A stretch of 64,000 nt of DNA from Stegostoma tigrinum (lineage: Eukaryota): contig NC_081387.1 of assembly GCF_030684315.1 (NCBI RefSeq), forward strand, positions 26,964,647 through 27,028,646. Direction: 5' to 3'. Below are positions 23,170 through 36,009 of the stretch, piece after piece. Below the pieces are notes generated by a model. It was not told the origin of the DNA. It was given only the letters and a program-made list of their open reading frames with translations, and did not search any database. Positions within the stretch are counted from its first letter, which is position 1. The number at the start of each line of letters is the position of its first letter. The translations under genes were made by a program, and so were the position numbers.

Positions 23170-24360
23170 TGACGAGTGGAGAGGGACTGGATCAGTTAGG
23201 ACTATATTTACTGGAGTTTAGAAGAGTGGCAGGAGGGCGATTTCATCGAAACTTATTAAATTCTAACAGGACTAGACAGGATAAGCACAGGAAGAATGTT
23301 CCCAATGACCAGGGAGACCAGGGACCAGGGGGGTCATGGTTTAAAGATACAGGGCAGGCCATTTAGGACAGAGATAGGGATAAATTTCTTCACCCAGAAA
23401 GTGGGAAGCCTGTGGAAATCCGTGCCACAGAAAGTGGTTGAGGCCAAAACATTGAATGTTTTCAAGAAGAAATTAGATATAGTTCTTAGTGCCAAAGAGA
23501 TCAAAGGATACAAGGAAGAAAATGGGAATAGGGGACTCAGTTGGATGATCAGCCGTGATCATATTGAATGGCAGAAGGGTTGAAGGGCAGAATGGCCTCC
23601 ACTTGTTCCTATTCCTTAAGCTTTATTCACAGGAGCAGACCGATACAATTATTGGAAGGATCCTAGGGTAGTGTTGTCGAACAAAGAGACCTACAGGTTC
23701 AGGTACATAATTCTTTGAAATTTGAGTCACATTTGGGCAGGATGACTAAGAAGGCATTTAGTACGCCTTCCTTCATTACTCAGGCCTTTGCCTGTCAAGC
23801 TGTGGTTGTACAGGACGTTGGTGAGGGCTCTTCTGGAGCACTGTGTCCAGTTCCGATCACCCAGTTATAGGAAAGATATTACTAAACTGGGGAGGGGTCA
23901 GGAGACATTTATCGTGATGTTGCCACAAGGAATGGAGCGTTTGAGTTATAGGGAGAAGTTGGATTGCTGGGACTTTTTTCACTGAATCATTGGAGGTGGA
24001 GGGTTCTAGAGGTTTATAAAATCTTGAGGAACATACATAAGGTGAATAACAAGGGTGAGGGAGTTCAAAACTCACTGGGGGGGACATATATTTAAGGTGA
24101 GAGAGGAAAAATTTAAAAAGGAAGTGAGCAGCAACTTTTTTTTACGCAGAGTGTCTTGTGGGTGGAATGAACTTTCAGATGAAATAGTGGATGCGGTACA
24201 GTTAATAACATTTAAAAGATATTTGAATAAGTACACGAATAGGAAAGATTTGGAGGGATATGGGCTAAATGCAGGCAGATGGGGCTAGTTTAGTTTGGGA
24301 ACAGGGTCTGGTTGGGCCGTAGGGTCTGTTTCTGTGCTGTGTGACTCTATGGCTCTATAA
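23170..24360 (+). mobile_element. Two tandem CR1-type LINE 3' fragments
   Basis: ORFs 23296-23583 (FFTQKV..LW), 23788-23985 (LYRTLVRALLEHCVQF) and 24055-24288. Confidence 0.8.
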
Positions 24361-26589
24361 ATGGTTCTCAAAACACTTGGCGAGAGGTTTTCCTTTTGAG
24401 TAGGTCCCTTACCTTTCAGCGTTGGGGGTGGAAAGAGGCCATGGAAGGATTCAGAAACAGGGATGAGATATTTAAGGTTGATGTGTTGTCCAAACAGGCC
24501 AGTGAGCCTTGGAGTGATGGATGAATTGACCTGCCGTGAATTAGGAGAGGGGCAGCAGAGCTATGGATGAGCTCCATTTATAGAGAGTAGAAAGTGGGAG
24601 GCCGATAGTAATGTATTCAAGTAGCAGAGTGCTGGAGGTAACAAAGAGCTAGGTGAAGGTTTCTGCAGTGGATTACCCAAAACAGTTGCGGGGACCTGGG
24701 AGGATAGGACAGTGATGAGAAAAGCTGACCTTCACATGAATGGTGAATTTAAATCAGCTGCAGGTATCCATCTTATTTTTCAGCTGCCCTTCTTCGCATT
24801 TTTGTTCCAACTCCCTCCATTTGACCAGAGAAAATGGCCAAGAAAAGCGACCAGAATTCCCAGTCAGTTGACAGAGCTTGGAGTGAAATCAGTGACTTTG
24901 GTCACCAGGCAGGATGGTGCAGGAATGTCCCAAACACAGGAAAAGGAGTTAGATTCACTCATTCCTCAAATTCTGATTCCACTTTCCCCATTTTGGGACG
25001 ATAACAGCTCATTCTGCTATTAAAATACAATCAATTGAAAAAGCAAAAACGAACAAAAATTGGCATTTCACCAAATCACGGAATTGTTATGGTGCAGGAA
25101 ACCATTCAGCCCATCCTGCCTACACTGGCTCGTTAAATTCCCTGGCGCCTGTCTCCTGCCTTTTCCCCCTAACCTTGTCCCCCATTTCTATCCAAATATC
25201 CATCCAATATCCCTCTGGAATGCCTCAGTTGTACCTGCGCACCCCCCCCCCCCCCCCACCACCTCCTGTCATTGTGTTCAGGTAGTACATCCACACCCTC
25301 ACTACCCTCTGGGTAAGTCATCCCTAACTTCACTCTCGCATTGTCTATACATCAGTTAAATCTAATCCCCTCTTGCTCTTGTTCCTTTTCCAAGTGGGAA
25401 CCGCTTTCCCCCCTCTCCTCTGTCCAGTCCTTGCTGACAAATTTGTAAACCTCAACCAGACCTCCCCCTCAGCCTTCTTCTCTCCAAAGAGAACAACGCC
25501 AACTTCTTTGTTCTACCCTGTATCCATATATCTGCCAAAACCTCAGCATGTTCCATTCATGACCAGCCACTGCTGTAAAGTACAAAGATCAATATTTGTT
25601 CTGTGGGCCACCAACAAAACCGTGACTGATCAGATTGATGTTGGACGGGTGAGAAATGAAGTGGCGCACTGCGAATAAATCCTACACTCTCCTTCTCACG
25701 GCATCAGGGGCTCAAGCCTCTGCAGCCTTTGAGAATGGTATAAGATTGACCAATTTGAAAAACCATTCCTTTGTAAGTTGTGGGCTTCACTGCTCGGTCT
25801 GGCAATTAAGAGCAAGCTCCATTGTTGAGAGTCTGGACAGGATTTGGGGAGTCAGAAAGTGAGTTACTCATTGCAGTATTCCTAGCTGCTGAACTGGTCT
25901 TGAATCCATTATATTTATATGGCAAGTCCAATTAAGTTTCTGTTAACGATAGCCCCCAGGATGATGATAGTGGGGGATTCAGTGATGGTAACGCCATTGA
26001 ATGCCTAGGGCAAGTGGTTAGATTGTCTGTTATTGGAGATGGTCATAGCCTGGCATTTGTGTGGCACAAATGCTACTTGCAACTTGTCAGCCCATGCCTG
26101 GGCATTGTGCTGATTCTTTTGAATTTGAACATGAATTGCTTCAGCAGGGAAGCTAATGACCTAATGGTATCATCACTAGCCTATTAATCTAGGAAACCAG
26201 CTAATGTTCTGGGTTTAAATCCCAATGAGGCAGATGATGGAATATGAATTCACCTTTTCCAGAACAAATCTGGAATTCAAGATTCTGCTGACGTCTACTT
26301 GATTGTCAGGAAAAAGTATCAACTAATTCATTGATGTCCTTCAGGTAAGGAAAATTCCTTGGGTGGTCTGGCCTCCAGACCTGCAGCAATGTGGTTCACT
26401 CCTAATTGTTCTCTGAAATGGCCTAGCATTTGTTTCAAACATGAAGTTTTTAATCAAAAATATTTACAGCATTGTTCATAACATCAAGTGGAAGCTTCAA
26501 TAACCTAGACGCTATTGTGGAGGTGCATTGACTCTGGACATCATGCAGTTTCATGGCTTAAAATCAAATAAGATCAAATGGCAAGGGCA

Positions 26590-28870
26590 CACAATATACA
26601 ATGTCCACCACAAAGAGTGGCTCCACAGCAGTAATACTGATCGAGCTGGTCAGGTCCTAAAGGACATAGCTGCTAGACTGGGTCTGCAGCAGGTGGTGAG
26701 GGAATCAACAGGAGGAAAAATCATACTCGACCTCATCCTCACATATCTGCCCATTGCACAGACATCAGTCCATGACAGTATCTGTAAGAGTGATCGCTGC
26801 ACAGTCCTTGTGGAGATGAAGTCCCACCTTCACATTGAGAGTAACCTCCATGATGTTGTGTGGCACTATCACCGTGCTAAATGGGACAGACTTCACACAC
26901 ACCTAGCAACAGAAAACTGGGCTTCCATGAGGCACTGTGGGCCATCAACAACAACAGAACTGTACTCTAGCACAATCTGTAATGTCTTGGCCCAGCATAT
27001 TCCCCACTCAACCATTATCATCAAGCCAGGGGATCAACCCTGGTTCAATGGAGAGTGCAGGTGGGTGTGCCAGGAACAGCACCAGGCATTCCTGTAGATG
27101 AGGTGTCAACCTGGTGCAGCCACCAAACAGGACGACTTGTATGTGCGTTTGTATAAGCTGCAACTGATAGACAGAGTTAGCAATCCCACAAACAGTGGAT
27201 CAGATCTAAGGCCTGCAGCCTTGCCACATCCAGTCATGATTTGATAGAGAGTTGATGTGATTGTCATTTTCTAAATCATGAGTGGGCAGGACATAGTAGA
27301 TGGGGGAAGTTGCTATTGCTCATAAAAGAAGATAAAGAACGAGAGAATGTAGATTTAAAGTGATGTGCAAATGATGCAAGAAGACAAAACCTTTGCACAG
27401 TAGTTAGGGTCTGGAATGCACGGCCTCAAAATGTGATTGAGGCAGATTCAATTCAAGCATTCTGGAGGGACATTTAAAGAGAAATGGTGTGGAAAAATGG
27501 GGGTGGAGGGAGGGAAGACAGGAGTTTGGAACTATGCTATATAACAAGTATAAGGCTGAATTGCCTCCTCTTGTATTGTAACAATTCTGTGGATTCTGTG
27601 AATGGTGTGGAAGTTAAACAACTCTTTGGAGGAGGTAGGTCCACAAATATTCTATCCTCAACGATATGACAACCCAACATGCAAGTGTGAATGGTAAGGC
27701 TGAAGCATTCACAGCAATATTCAGCTAGAATTGCCAAACGCATGATCTTTCTTGGCCTTCTCTGGTGATCCCAGCTTTACAAATATTAGTTTTCATCCAA
27801 TTCAATTAACTCCATGTGATATCAAAAGATGAGTGGAGGCACTAGATACTGTAAAGGCTGTGGGCCCTGTGAACATTCCAGCAATAGTGCTGAAGACTCA
27901 TGCTCCAGAGCTTGCCATTCCCCTAGCCAAATGTGTTCCAGTACAGTTACAGCACTGGTATCTACCCAACAATGTGGAAAACAGCCCATTTATGTCTTAA
28001 ACATAAAAATGTAGGACAAATCCAACAAAGGCCAATTACCGCCCCATCTGTCTACTCTCACCCAACAGTCGAGTGATGGGAGGTGTAACCAACAGCGCTG
28101 TCTAACATAACCTGCTCAGTAATGCATAGTTGGGTCCTGCTAAGGCCACTCAACTTCTGCCCTCATTACAGCCTTTGTTCAAACATGGGCAAAAGAGCTG
28201 TATTCCAGAGGTGAGGTGAAAATGACAGCCCCTAACATCAAGGTTGCGTTCAACTGACTGTGACATCAAGGAGCCGAAGCAAAGCTGGAATCAATGGGCC
28301 TCAGGGGGCAAACTCTCCGGTGGGTGGAGTCATACCTGACACAGAGGAAGAAGGTCGTGGTTATTCAAAGTCAATCATCTCAGCTCCAGGATATCTCTGC
28401 AGGAATTCTTCAGGATAGTGTCCAAAGCCCAACCATCTTCAGCTGCTTCATCAATGAGCTTCCCTCCATCATAAGGTCAGAAGTGGAGATATTCGCCGAT
28501 GATCTCACAATATTTAAAACTATTTGCATCTCGTCAGATACTGAAACAGACAATGTTTAAGTGCAACAAGACCTGTTAAATTGCTAATTTGGGGCTGACA
28601 ATTGGCAGTAACGTTCATGCCATACAAATGCCATACAATGATCACCACCAACAAGAGAGAATCTAACCACTGTCACTTAACATTCAATCACATGGCCATT
28701 AACGAATACCCCACCAGGGGTTACCTTTGAGCAGAAACTGAATTGGACTTGCCACATAAACACAGCGGGTACAAGAGCAGGTCAGAGGTTGGGAATCCTG
28801 CAACGAGTAACTCACCTCCTGCCTCCCCAAAACCTGCCCCACCATCTACAAGGTACAAGTCCTGAATATA
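26590..28870 (+). mobile_element. Degenerate LINE of a second CR1/L2-group family, interrupted by a CR1 3' piece at about 27245-27600
   Basis: APE-like LDLILT...SD..TV and PWF in ORF 26528-27097. RT motifs W.ESYL..R and IFADD in ORF 28294-28560. Confidence 0.75.
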
Positions 28871-29616
28871 GTTCTGCATATTTTTTGAAAAAAAACATTA
28901 AATATAGTTCCTGTATAACCACTTAGGTAAGTGTGAAATGTAACATGTTATTTAAAAATGATCCGGGAGTTTCTTTCTGCCCCAACTATTTTTCATCCCA
29001 ACCAACATCATCAAAGCCTGACAACATGGTTGTGTAATTTTGCTGTACAATAAATATTGCTGCATTGTTTCCTTATCTGGCAACAGTGACCACACCTGAA
29101 AGGCATAACAGTTCAAGCCTTTCATTTACATCTGACCAATTGCAAAACAATTTTACACCCATGATTGGTGAAAATGCACTGTTTTCTTGTCATAACATTC
29201 TGGCTGGAGTTTGATGCCAGAGTCAATAATAGACTAATAGAAATGTAGTTTATCTTAATAGAGTCCTGTCCTCGGTAGGATATAGAATTCCTATGATTTT
29301 ATTTGCATGTTCAACAATTCTTTCATGTAATATTATGCTTTCCAAGAATCATTTCTTTCCTTTCCATGTTTTGCTAAGTGGTTTAAAATAATCCAGGTCG
29401 TAGAGCATAGACTAATTTGTTTTCAGCTTAGTGCTAGATCTTCATTAACAAATGGCCAGAAACATGTTGCTTGTAGGCACGAGGTAGCGAGACACTTATT
29501 ATCCCGAAGAGATAGGAACGGACAGTACCGGGGTTCCATTTGAAAACGGCGGGCTTCGGAAGCGAGGCCACGTGACCTATGCGTGCGGCTCGCGGCCCTC
29601 TTCTGTTCTTCACCCA

Positions 29617-30001
<385 letters not shown>

Positions 30002-30039
30002 AGATAGCATTTAATAGGACATGTGATTTGTAAACCAAA

Positions 30040-30055
30040 GGTTCTTTTAAGAACC
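30040..30055 (+). terminator. Histone 3' stem-loop (H4)
   Basis: CCAAA-GGTTCT TTTA AGAACC-ACCAA, with a paired T-A at stem position 3. Confidence 0.9.
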
Positions 30056-32084
30056 ACCAAAATACCTTTAAAGGCACGGAACCGGCTAAAACAGGTCACT
30101 TGATTATGCGGGAGGAGGTTTCTACAAACAATAAGTATTGTTGAATTTTTATACTGGATTTATACAATTGACTCATCGATTTCCCTTATCTGACGGCAAC
30201 GTGGTGCAGTCAACACGATCATTGCATTAGTTGAGGATTTCTTGTCTTTCATTTCAGATCAGCTATGATCTTATTAAATGGTGGGGCAGGCTCGAGGGAC
30301 CAGATGACCTACTCCTGCGCCTAGCCACTCAACCTTAAGAATTACTTTCCCCAGAGCACAGCCAGTCACAGAACTTACTGAGTTAGATCTTCGACAGACG
30401 CTCCAAATTTTACTTACAACGTATTATTTGAGATGTATTGGAGAAGGTGCAAAATAATTTATTACAACATTTCTGTAGATTTTCTCATTGCATAGCACTA
30501 AATCTAAAGTAGCCCAATCTCTAATTGGTTGTCTTACGTTAAGTTTCAACTGAGGAGTTGTGGATGCTGTTAAACATGGTGCATTTGTCGGTGAAGATCC
30601 CAACTATTGAACTAATGAAGCAGGTGAAAATGGTTTGGCCTGGGATATTTCGCTGAAGAATTAGGCCCTTGTAGTGCAGCAGGAGTGCCCGTACCTCTGG
30701 ACCAGGATGCCCAGATTCAAGTTCCACCACCTCTAGATGTGTGTAATTACATTCCTGAATGGGTCAATCAGAAAATACCTACCTTGAAGAATTCTTACAG
30801 AGATCTCCCTGGAACTCAGATGCCGGACCACCGACACTCGTACCATCTTCCTTTGTGCTAGATATGATTGCCTGGCTCTGAAATGCCACACACGGTGTAG
30901 CCTTGAAATTAAAAGTATTCATTCACCTGACCTTTGGCTTCATTTTAAATTTATTATGTGGGTGGCATCTGGAGATTTATGGTGCCTACTTGCACTTGAA
31001 TAGTGTCTTTGAAATCATGAGGTTTCATACAGTAGAAAACAGTGTGAATGAGAAAAAGGGCTGTAGTCTAGCAACAAGAAGTCCAATGTCACAGAAAGGG
31101 AGACAGAAGCTTTGCCTCAAAAAGTAATACGCACGCTCAATCAGTCAGAAAGTTTTTATAACAGCAACGTGTTAATTTATCTTTTGCAAATGGGGTTATG
31201 ATAGAAGAAAAGAAATCCTGTATAGATGATAAGTTGGTAGTAAACGTATGAGATCCAGAATGTTTTTGAAGTGTCGGAGAGGAAGACATTCTGCAAAGCT
31301 GCAAAAGACATATGTTGAAGGAGTACATGCTAAGGAATAAATGAGCTGAGTTAGCTCACTTAACAATCATAGCAAGAGGCATTTACTAAACAAAATAACA
31401 AATGTAAAAATTGGTTGTAAAGGCGATAGTCACACCAACTGTGCAAGGGCCTTTAAATTGTTCTTCAATGAGCTTGGAGTGTCGGTAAGGTTGTTGTTGA
31501 GGGAACAGGTGTTAAATATTTATTTAGACTATTTACAATGGGGCAATTTCAACCATTTCTGGCATAGTGCAATATCGGTCAATATAAGAAACATTTAAAG
31601 TTCTTCCCTAAGAATACATCGACGGCCACTCGGGAATATTCACCACCTGGCTCCCAGTCTGGTATCGGCCTCTTGCTGGCTTTTCTGTGAAATTCCACAT
31701 CGACAGGAGGGATTACTGAAACACACTTTTGACTGAGCAGTGCATAGCTTAACAGTGCGAGTGTCCTGCTACTCACATCTCCTCCTTCAAGTGCCCATCG
31801 CCTCTTACACATACCAGGAAACCTCTTCTGAGCTAAACTTTGTCGACAGCAGACCTACTTGGTTATGGGATATGTCGAAAACAAGACGAACGTTTTGTTA
31901 AGAAAACTATGGTAATGCTCGGTTGGAGCTGATCAAATTAAAAAGCTGACCCTTCGAGTCCATTGCTGTTCACGTGTTTAGCATCTGCAATACTTTCTAC
32001 CAATATTTGTCACTTCTGATACTATTGGCCACTTCTAAATAATTTCTCTTCATCCTGCCTTCTGCATTTGCTATTTCTCTGGCT

Positions 32085-32131
32085 GTAGCTTTTCTTTTGG
32101 TGACAATACTTGAGTGGCTCTGAAAAGAGCC
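32085..32131 (-). terminator. Histone 3' stem-loop plus purine-rich HDE (gene D)
   Basis: Minus strand GGCTCTTTTCAGAGCC at 32116-32131, with AAAAGAAAAGCTAC downstream. Confidence 0.88.
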
Positions 32132-32165
32132 TTTTTGTGTTGAGCTGTCTCTGCTCCTTGCACTT

Positions 32166-32747
32166 CTACCTTCTCTTCTTCCCCGTCGTCGCCCGTTTCC
32201 CCGCCGCCCGCTTGGGGGTTTTCCTGGCCTTGGCCGCCGTCCCCTTCCGGGGGCTTTTGGCCGCCGCTTTCTTGGTGCCTTTGGCCGCCGCCGCCCTTTT
32301 GGGGGCCGCTTTCCTCTTGGTTGCTCTTTTCTTGGGCCGATCCTGAACTTCTTCCTCCTTCACCTCCTGCTGCTGCCTCTGCTCCGGCTGCAAGGTGGAG
32401 GCGGAGGTTCCGGGCCCGCTTTCGCTCGCCGAGCCCCCCTTGTTGGCCGAAGAGCTACCGGGCGGCGGGTTGGGCCGACCCGGGCCACCCTTCTCCATCG
32501 GCTCGTAACCCGCGGCCGAGATGGTTTTCTTCAGAGACCCGCCGAGCTTGGCTGGCGCCTGGCGCTCCTTGGCAGCGGCCACCGCCTCCAGAATCTGCTC
32601 TGCCGCCGCGGTGGTAGCGCCACCTCCACCACCTTTCTGAGGTCGGTAAGCGGCTTTCTTCTTGGCGGCGGCGGCGGCTGGGACTGCGGCAGATTCCGGG
32701 GCAGTAGCCGCCGGGACGTCACCTCTAACAGGCACAGTCTCCGCCAT
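32166..32747 (-). CDS. Histone H1-like protein D (193 aa) with degenerate globular domain
   Basis: H1-type start MAETVP and K/A tail with SPRK and TPKR. AEQILEAVAAAKER..SLKKTISAAGY is retained, but helix 3 and the wing are P/G/S-rich. ATG at 32747 follows the TATA at 32807-32813. Confidence 0.85.
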   Translation of the reverse strand: MAETVPVRGDVPAATAPESAAVPAAAAAKKKAAYRPQKGGGGGATTAAAEQILEAVAAAKERQAPAKLGGSLKKTISAAGYEPMEKGGPGRPNPPPGSSSANKGGSASESGPGTSASTLQPEQRQQQEVKEEEVQDRPKKRATKRKAAPKRAAAAKGTKKAAAKSPRKGTAAKARKTPKRAAGKRATTGKKRR

Positions 32748-32806
32748 CAAACACCACAACGCACCCGTCGCAACCAACAACTGGCGGAGCCGCCGCGGCG
32801 ACGTTC

Positions 32807-32839
32807 TATATAAGCGAAGGGAGCGGACGGCGTGGAGAC
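32807..32839 (-). promoter_or_regulatory. Promoter of gene D: GTCTCCACGCCGTCCGC plus TTATATA
   Basis: Minus strand reads GTCTCCACGCCGTCCGCTCCCTTCGCTTATATAGA. Confidence 0.7.
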
Positions 32840-34795
32840 AACTTGCGGCTAATCTCCGCCCCCTCCGCCCCACCCACCGTGAGGTGGCCGCGCCCCCTCA
32901 TTTGGACCACGCCCGTAGCCGCTAGGCCACACCCCCTTCTCGTGTCACCTCTCGGAAATGAGACGGCACCAGGTTTATTTGAAGACGCGAGTTCCTGGTT
33001 CAAACCAGCTCAACACCGGCACCTCCATATCAGAAAGGAGCGACAGCAGCAAGTCTGTATCGTCGCTTCATCTTGTCAGTTATGTCTGTTCGCCAATTGT
33101 CTGACCCTTGTCTGTCTGCCTCTTGGCCGTTTATTACCTGAAACAAAAACCAAGTTGTCACTTAGTACTAACTGCTTCTACCTGCTTCCTGCGGGTCCGG
33201 CAGCATCTGTGAAGATGGAAATCAGAGTTAACGTTCCGGCTCCAGTGACTCCAGGTCTCAGAGTCCCCTTGTCATCTCCGATGGCGGAGACCGTGCCTTT
33301 CCTTTATTATCCGTTGTCTTGTCGTTTCTCTCTCTTGTATATAGAATCATAAAATCTACAGTGTGGGAACAGGCCATTCCGTCCATCGAGTCCAGACCTA
33401 CCCGCCAAAGGGTCCCATCCAGACCCACCCAATCTCTTGAACTTTGCATTTCTTATGGCTAACCCACTAATCTGCGCATCTTTGCACTGTCTTCCATGTT
33501 CTGGATGGGTCCTGACATGTGTTATCAATCTGCCCGTCTCCTAGACCATTTGCCTATTCCGTCGTTTACGCGTTTATTGCCTGTGTACATCTGTCCATTT
33601 TCTGTTTCCTTTTTTGTCTATTTCCTCTCTGTTATCTGCCTTTGTGTGACGGGGTCGGGGCTATGGTTAAATCGTCAAGATGCTTGCACGACTCAAGTCT
33701 GGCAAATGGGGGTAAACTGTCCAATTCTACAAAAGTCAATCGAAGAATTTTTTTCACCATTAAAACGCCAAACAAGGTCCCTGGGATTTGGTAAACGATG
33801 CCACTGCTTTCCCAAGAGTTTTTTTTTGTTTTTGTTTGTTTGTTCGATTACAAAACTTTTCAGAAAATGAATTGTAGGATCTTTCTCCCCGTAGGTTTTC
33901 CTTTGGCCGCTTCATAGTGCACGAGGTTTTAGGACGAGATTTCCACCTTAAACTTCCAACCTGGGATTAATGACACCACACTTGGTCTGTCTGTCTATGA
34001 AGCTGACAACGATTTCCTCGATTCGGCGGTTATGAATAAGTCTGCAATGTGGCTATGCTTTATCATTAGTCAGGAATCTCTCGACCACTTTGGACGAGAA
34101 CCTTTCTCTTACATTGTCGATGCTGGTGAAGCCTTCAGCGAGGATACTCGAGTCGCTTGGTCAATGTAGCCCATTGATATAGCCTGTGATAGAATGCAAT
34201 AAAAAATACTTGTAACTGGCATACATTTTATAGATTAAAACACACAAATTTACCTTCGCTGGTCATCGAGTAACAAAGAGCAACCTTTCGGCACTGTCCG
34301 GTTTGGAAGGGAGGGATAAAAGGCAAGGAAGAAAAGATGGTGTGGGGTTATAACCTGAGGTGAGGGTGAATGTAACAAAAGTGTTCGGGCAACAGCAGAG
34401 ACTAAACGCCAGCGGGGCAGTAACTTTTACCAGTTAGAAATGAGAGAAGTACGGGAAAGGGGGGAGGAGTATAAACTGGAAACTTTTAGTGAAAGCAGGG
34501 AAACTAGAGGACTGTGTAAATTTGGGCAACAAAACAAAATAGCGGGAAAAGCCCAGCAAGTCTAGCAGCAACAGTGGGTGAAATCTCGGATCGATGGAGC
34601 CTTCCTATGGCTTCACCTTCGTAGATGCCGCCAGACCTGCTGAGCTTTTCCAGCAAATTCTGTTTTCGTTCCTGGTTCACAGCATCCGCAGTTCTTTCGG
34701 TTCTTGGGGATGGTTAAAAAGGGGGAGGATGTGTCTCTCAGCCGCCGCCGGAGTCTGCCCGAAGGATCATCGCCGCTTTTCGGAGGCGGGTTTGT

Positions 34796-34811
34796 GGCTC
34801 TGAAAAGAGCC
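34796..34811 (-). terminator. Histone 3' stem-loop (gene E)
   Basis: Minus strand CCAAAA-GGCTCTTTTCAGAGCC-ACAAA. Confidence 0.9.
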
Positions 34812-34895
34812 TTTTGGTTTTGTGTGTGTGGGCTCCTGTTTGGAAGGGACGGGTGGCCTGGGTCTTCTAATTCGCGGAGAACGCGAGGCAGACGT

Positions 34896-35588
34896 TTAAT
34901 TTCTGCGCCTGGTCCTAGTTTTTCTGGAGGTGACCGTTGTGTGGGTGGCGGTGGTCGCCTTTTCCCCGGCTCCTTTCCTGACCCTCGCCCGGGTGGTGGT
35001 CGTAGCGGCGGTGGGCTTGCCCGACTTCCTCTTCCGCCGGGGGCCGCTGCCGCCTCTCGCAGCCGGGGACCTCCTCCCCTTGACGGCGGCAGCGGTGGTC
35101 GCCCGCTGACCTCTCGCCCTGGTGCGCGTCTGCCTTTGCTGCTGCTTCTTCAGCTGCTGCTTCTGTCTCCGGCTGAGCCGCAGGCAGCCGCCTGCCTCCC
35201 CTCTCCCACCACCCCTGGTCCCCCGGCCCCGGGTCCGCACCAACGAGCCGTTGCGGACCAAGCCGCCGACTGCCGTGCGGAGCTGCGACTTGTTCTTCTC
35301 CACGTCGTAGCCGCTGGAGAGCAGGGCCTCCCGCAGGGAGGTCAGGGACACGCCGCCCGGCTGCTTGCGGGCCGACAGTGCCTGCAGGATCAGCTTATTG
35401 ATGCCCTGCATCCTACGGCGCCTCCTCCGCCGCCGGCCCTGCTCCAAGTGCTCGGGCAGCGGCAGCGGCGGCAGCACGGCCCGCATCTGCGGCCGCTTTT
35501 TCCGCCGCCGCTTCCTGCTGGCTCCCCCGCAGCCGCGGCCCGCCCCCTTCTTTTTCTTCCGCTGCTGTGGGCCGCCGGTGGTCACCAT
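34896..35588 (-). CDS. Histone H1-derived, protamine-like basic protein E (230 aa)
   Basis: Globular segment LILQALSARKQPGGVSLTSLREALLSSGYDVEKNKSQLRTAVGGLVRNGSLVRT is paralogous to gene A. It has an R8 run and about 47 R, 21 K. Stem-loop downstream. Confidence 0.87.
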   Translation of the reverse strand: MVTTGGPQQRKKKKGAGRGCGGASRKRRRKKRPQMRAVLPPLPLPEHLEQGRRRRRRRRMQGINKLILQALSARKQPGGVSLTSLREALLSSGYDVEKNKSQLRTAVGGLVRNGSLVRTRGRGTRGGGRGEAGGCLRLSRRQKQQLKKQQQRQTRTRARGQRATTAAAVKGRRSPAARGGSGPRRKRKSGKPTAATTTTRARVRKGAGEKATTATHTTVTSRKTRTRRRN

Positions 35589-35733
35589 CCGGCGTCGGCG
35601 GGGATTTTAAGCGGAAACTGAGACGGCTGCAGCGTTTCCCCAGCAGCAGCGATGCCCCCGCCCCCCGCCCCAGACACTCGGCGCAACCCCGGACGCGGCT
35701 GCGGACTGCGGGAGGCGGTCGCTGGCCGCCGCT

Positions 35734-35824
35734 ACTTCAAGGCTCAAGGCGGACCGAGGAGGGCGGGCCGGAGCCCTCAGGCCGCCGGCCAATCCGAGGG
35801 CAGGGTGTAGGGCGGCCGCCCAAT
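35734..35824 (-). promoter_or_regulatory. GC-rich promoter of gene E
   Basis: Minus-strand GGTCCGCC (35748-35755) with TTGAAGT at the TATA position, GC boxes, and two inverted CCAAT boxes (35789, 35820). Confidence 0.5.
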
Positions 35825-36009
35825 CGCAACACGCTGCCCGCGAGCGTACGCGCCCCTCCTTCACGGGTCACGCCCCCGCGCCTGTTGGAGACGCCCATCA
35901 CCCCCAACAGGGCACGCCCCGTGCATGTAACACGCCCGTTTGCCACATGATGATATGGTACAGGAGCCCACCCATGTTGCTCGCTCATGCAATGAATTTG
36001 TGACTGGTA

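Noticed and set aside
33900-34330. Possible H2B or H3 pseudogene remnants (also checked 31590-31870)
   Set aside because: No histone-fold translation or stem-loop could be recognised by eye.
34704-35621. 305-aa plus-strand ORF opposite gene E
   Set aside because: Stop-poor GC-rich antisense frame with no recognisable domain.
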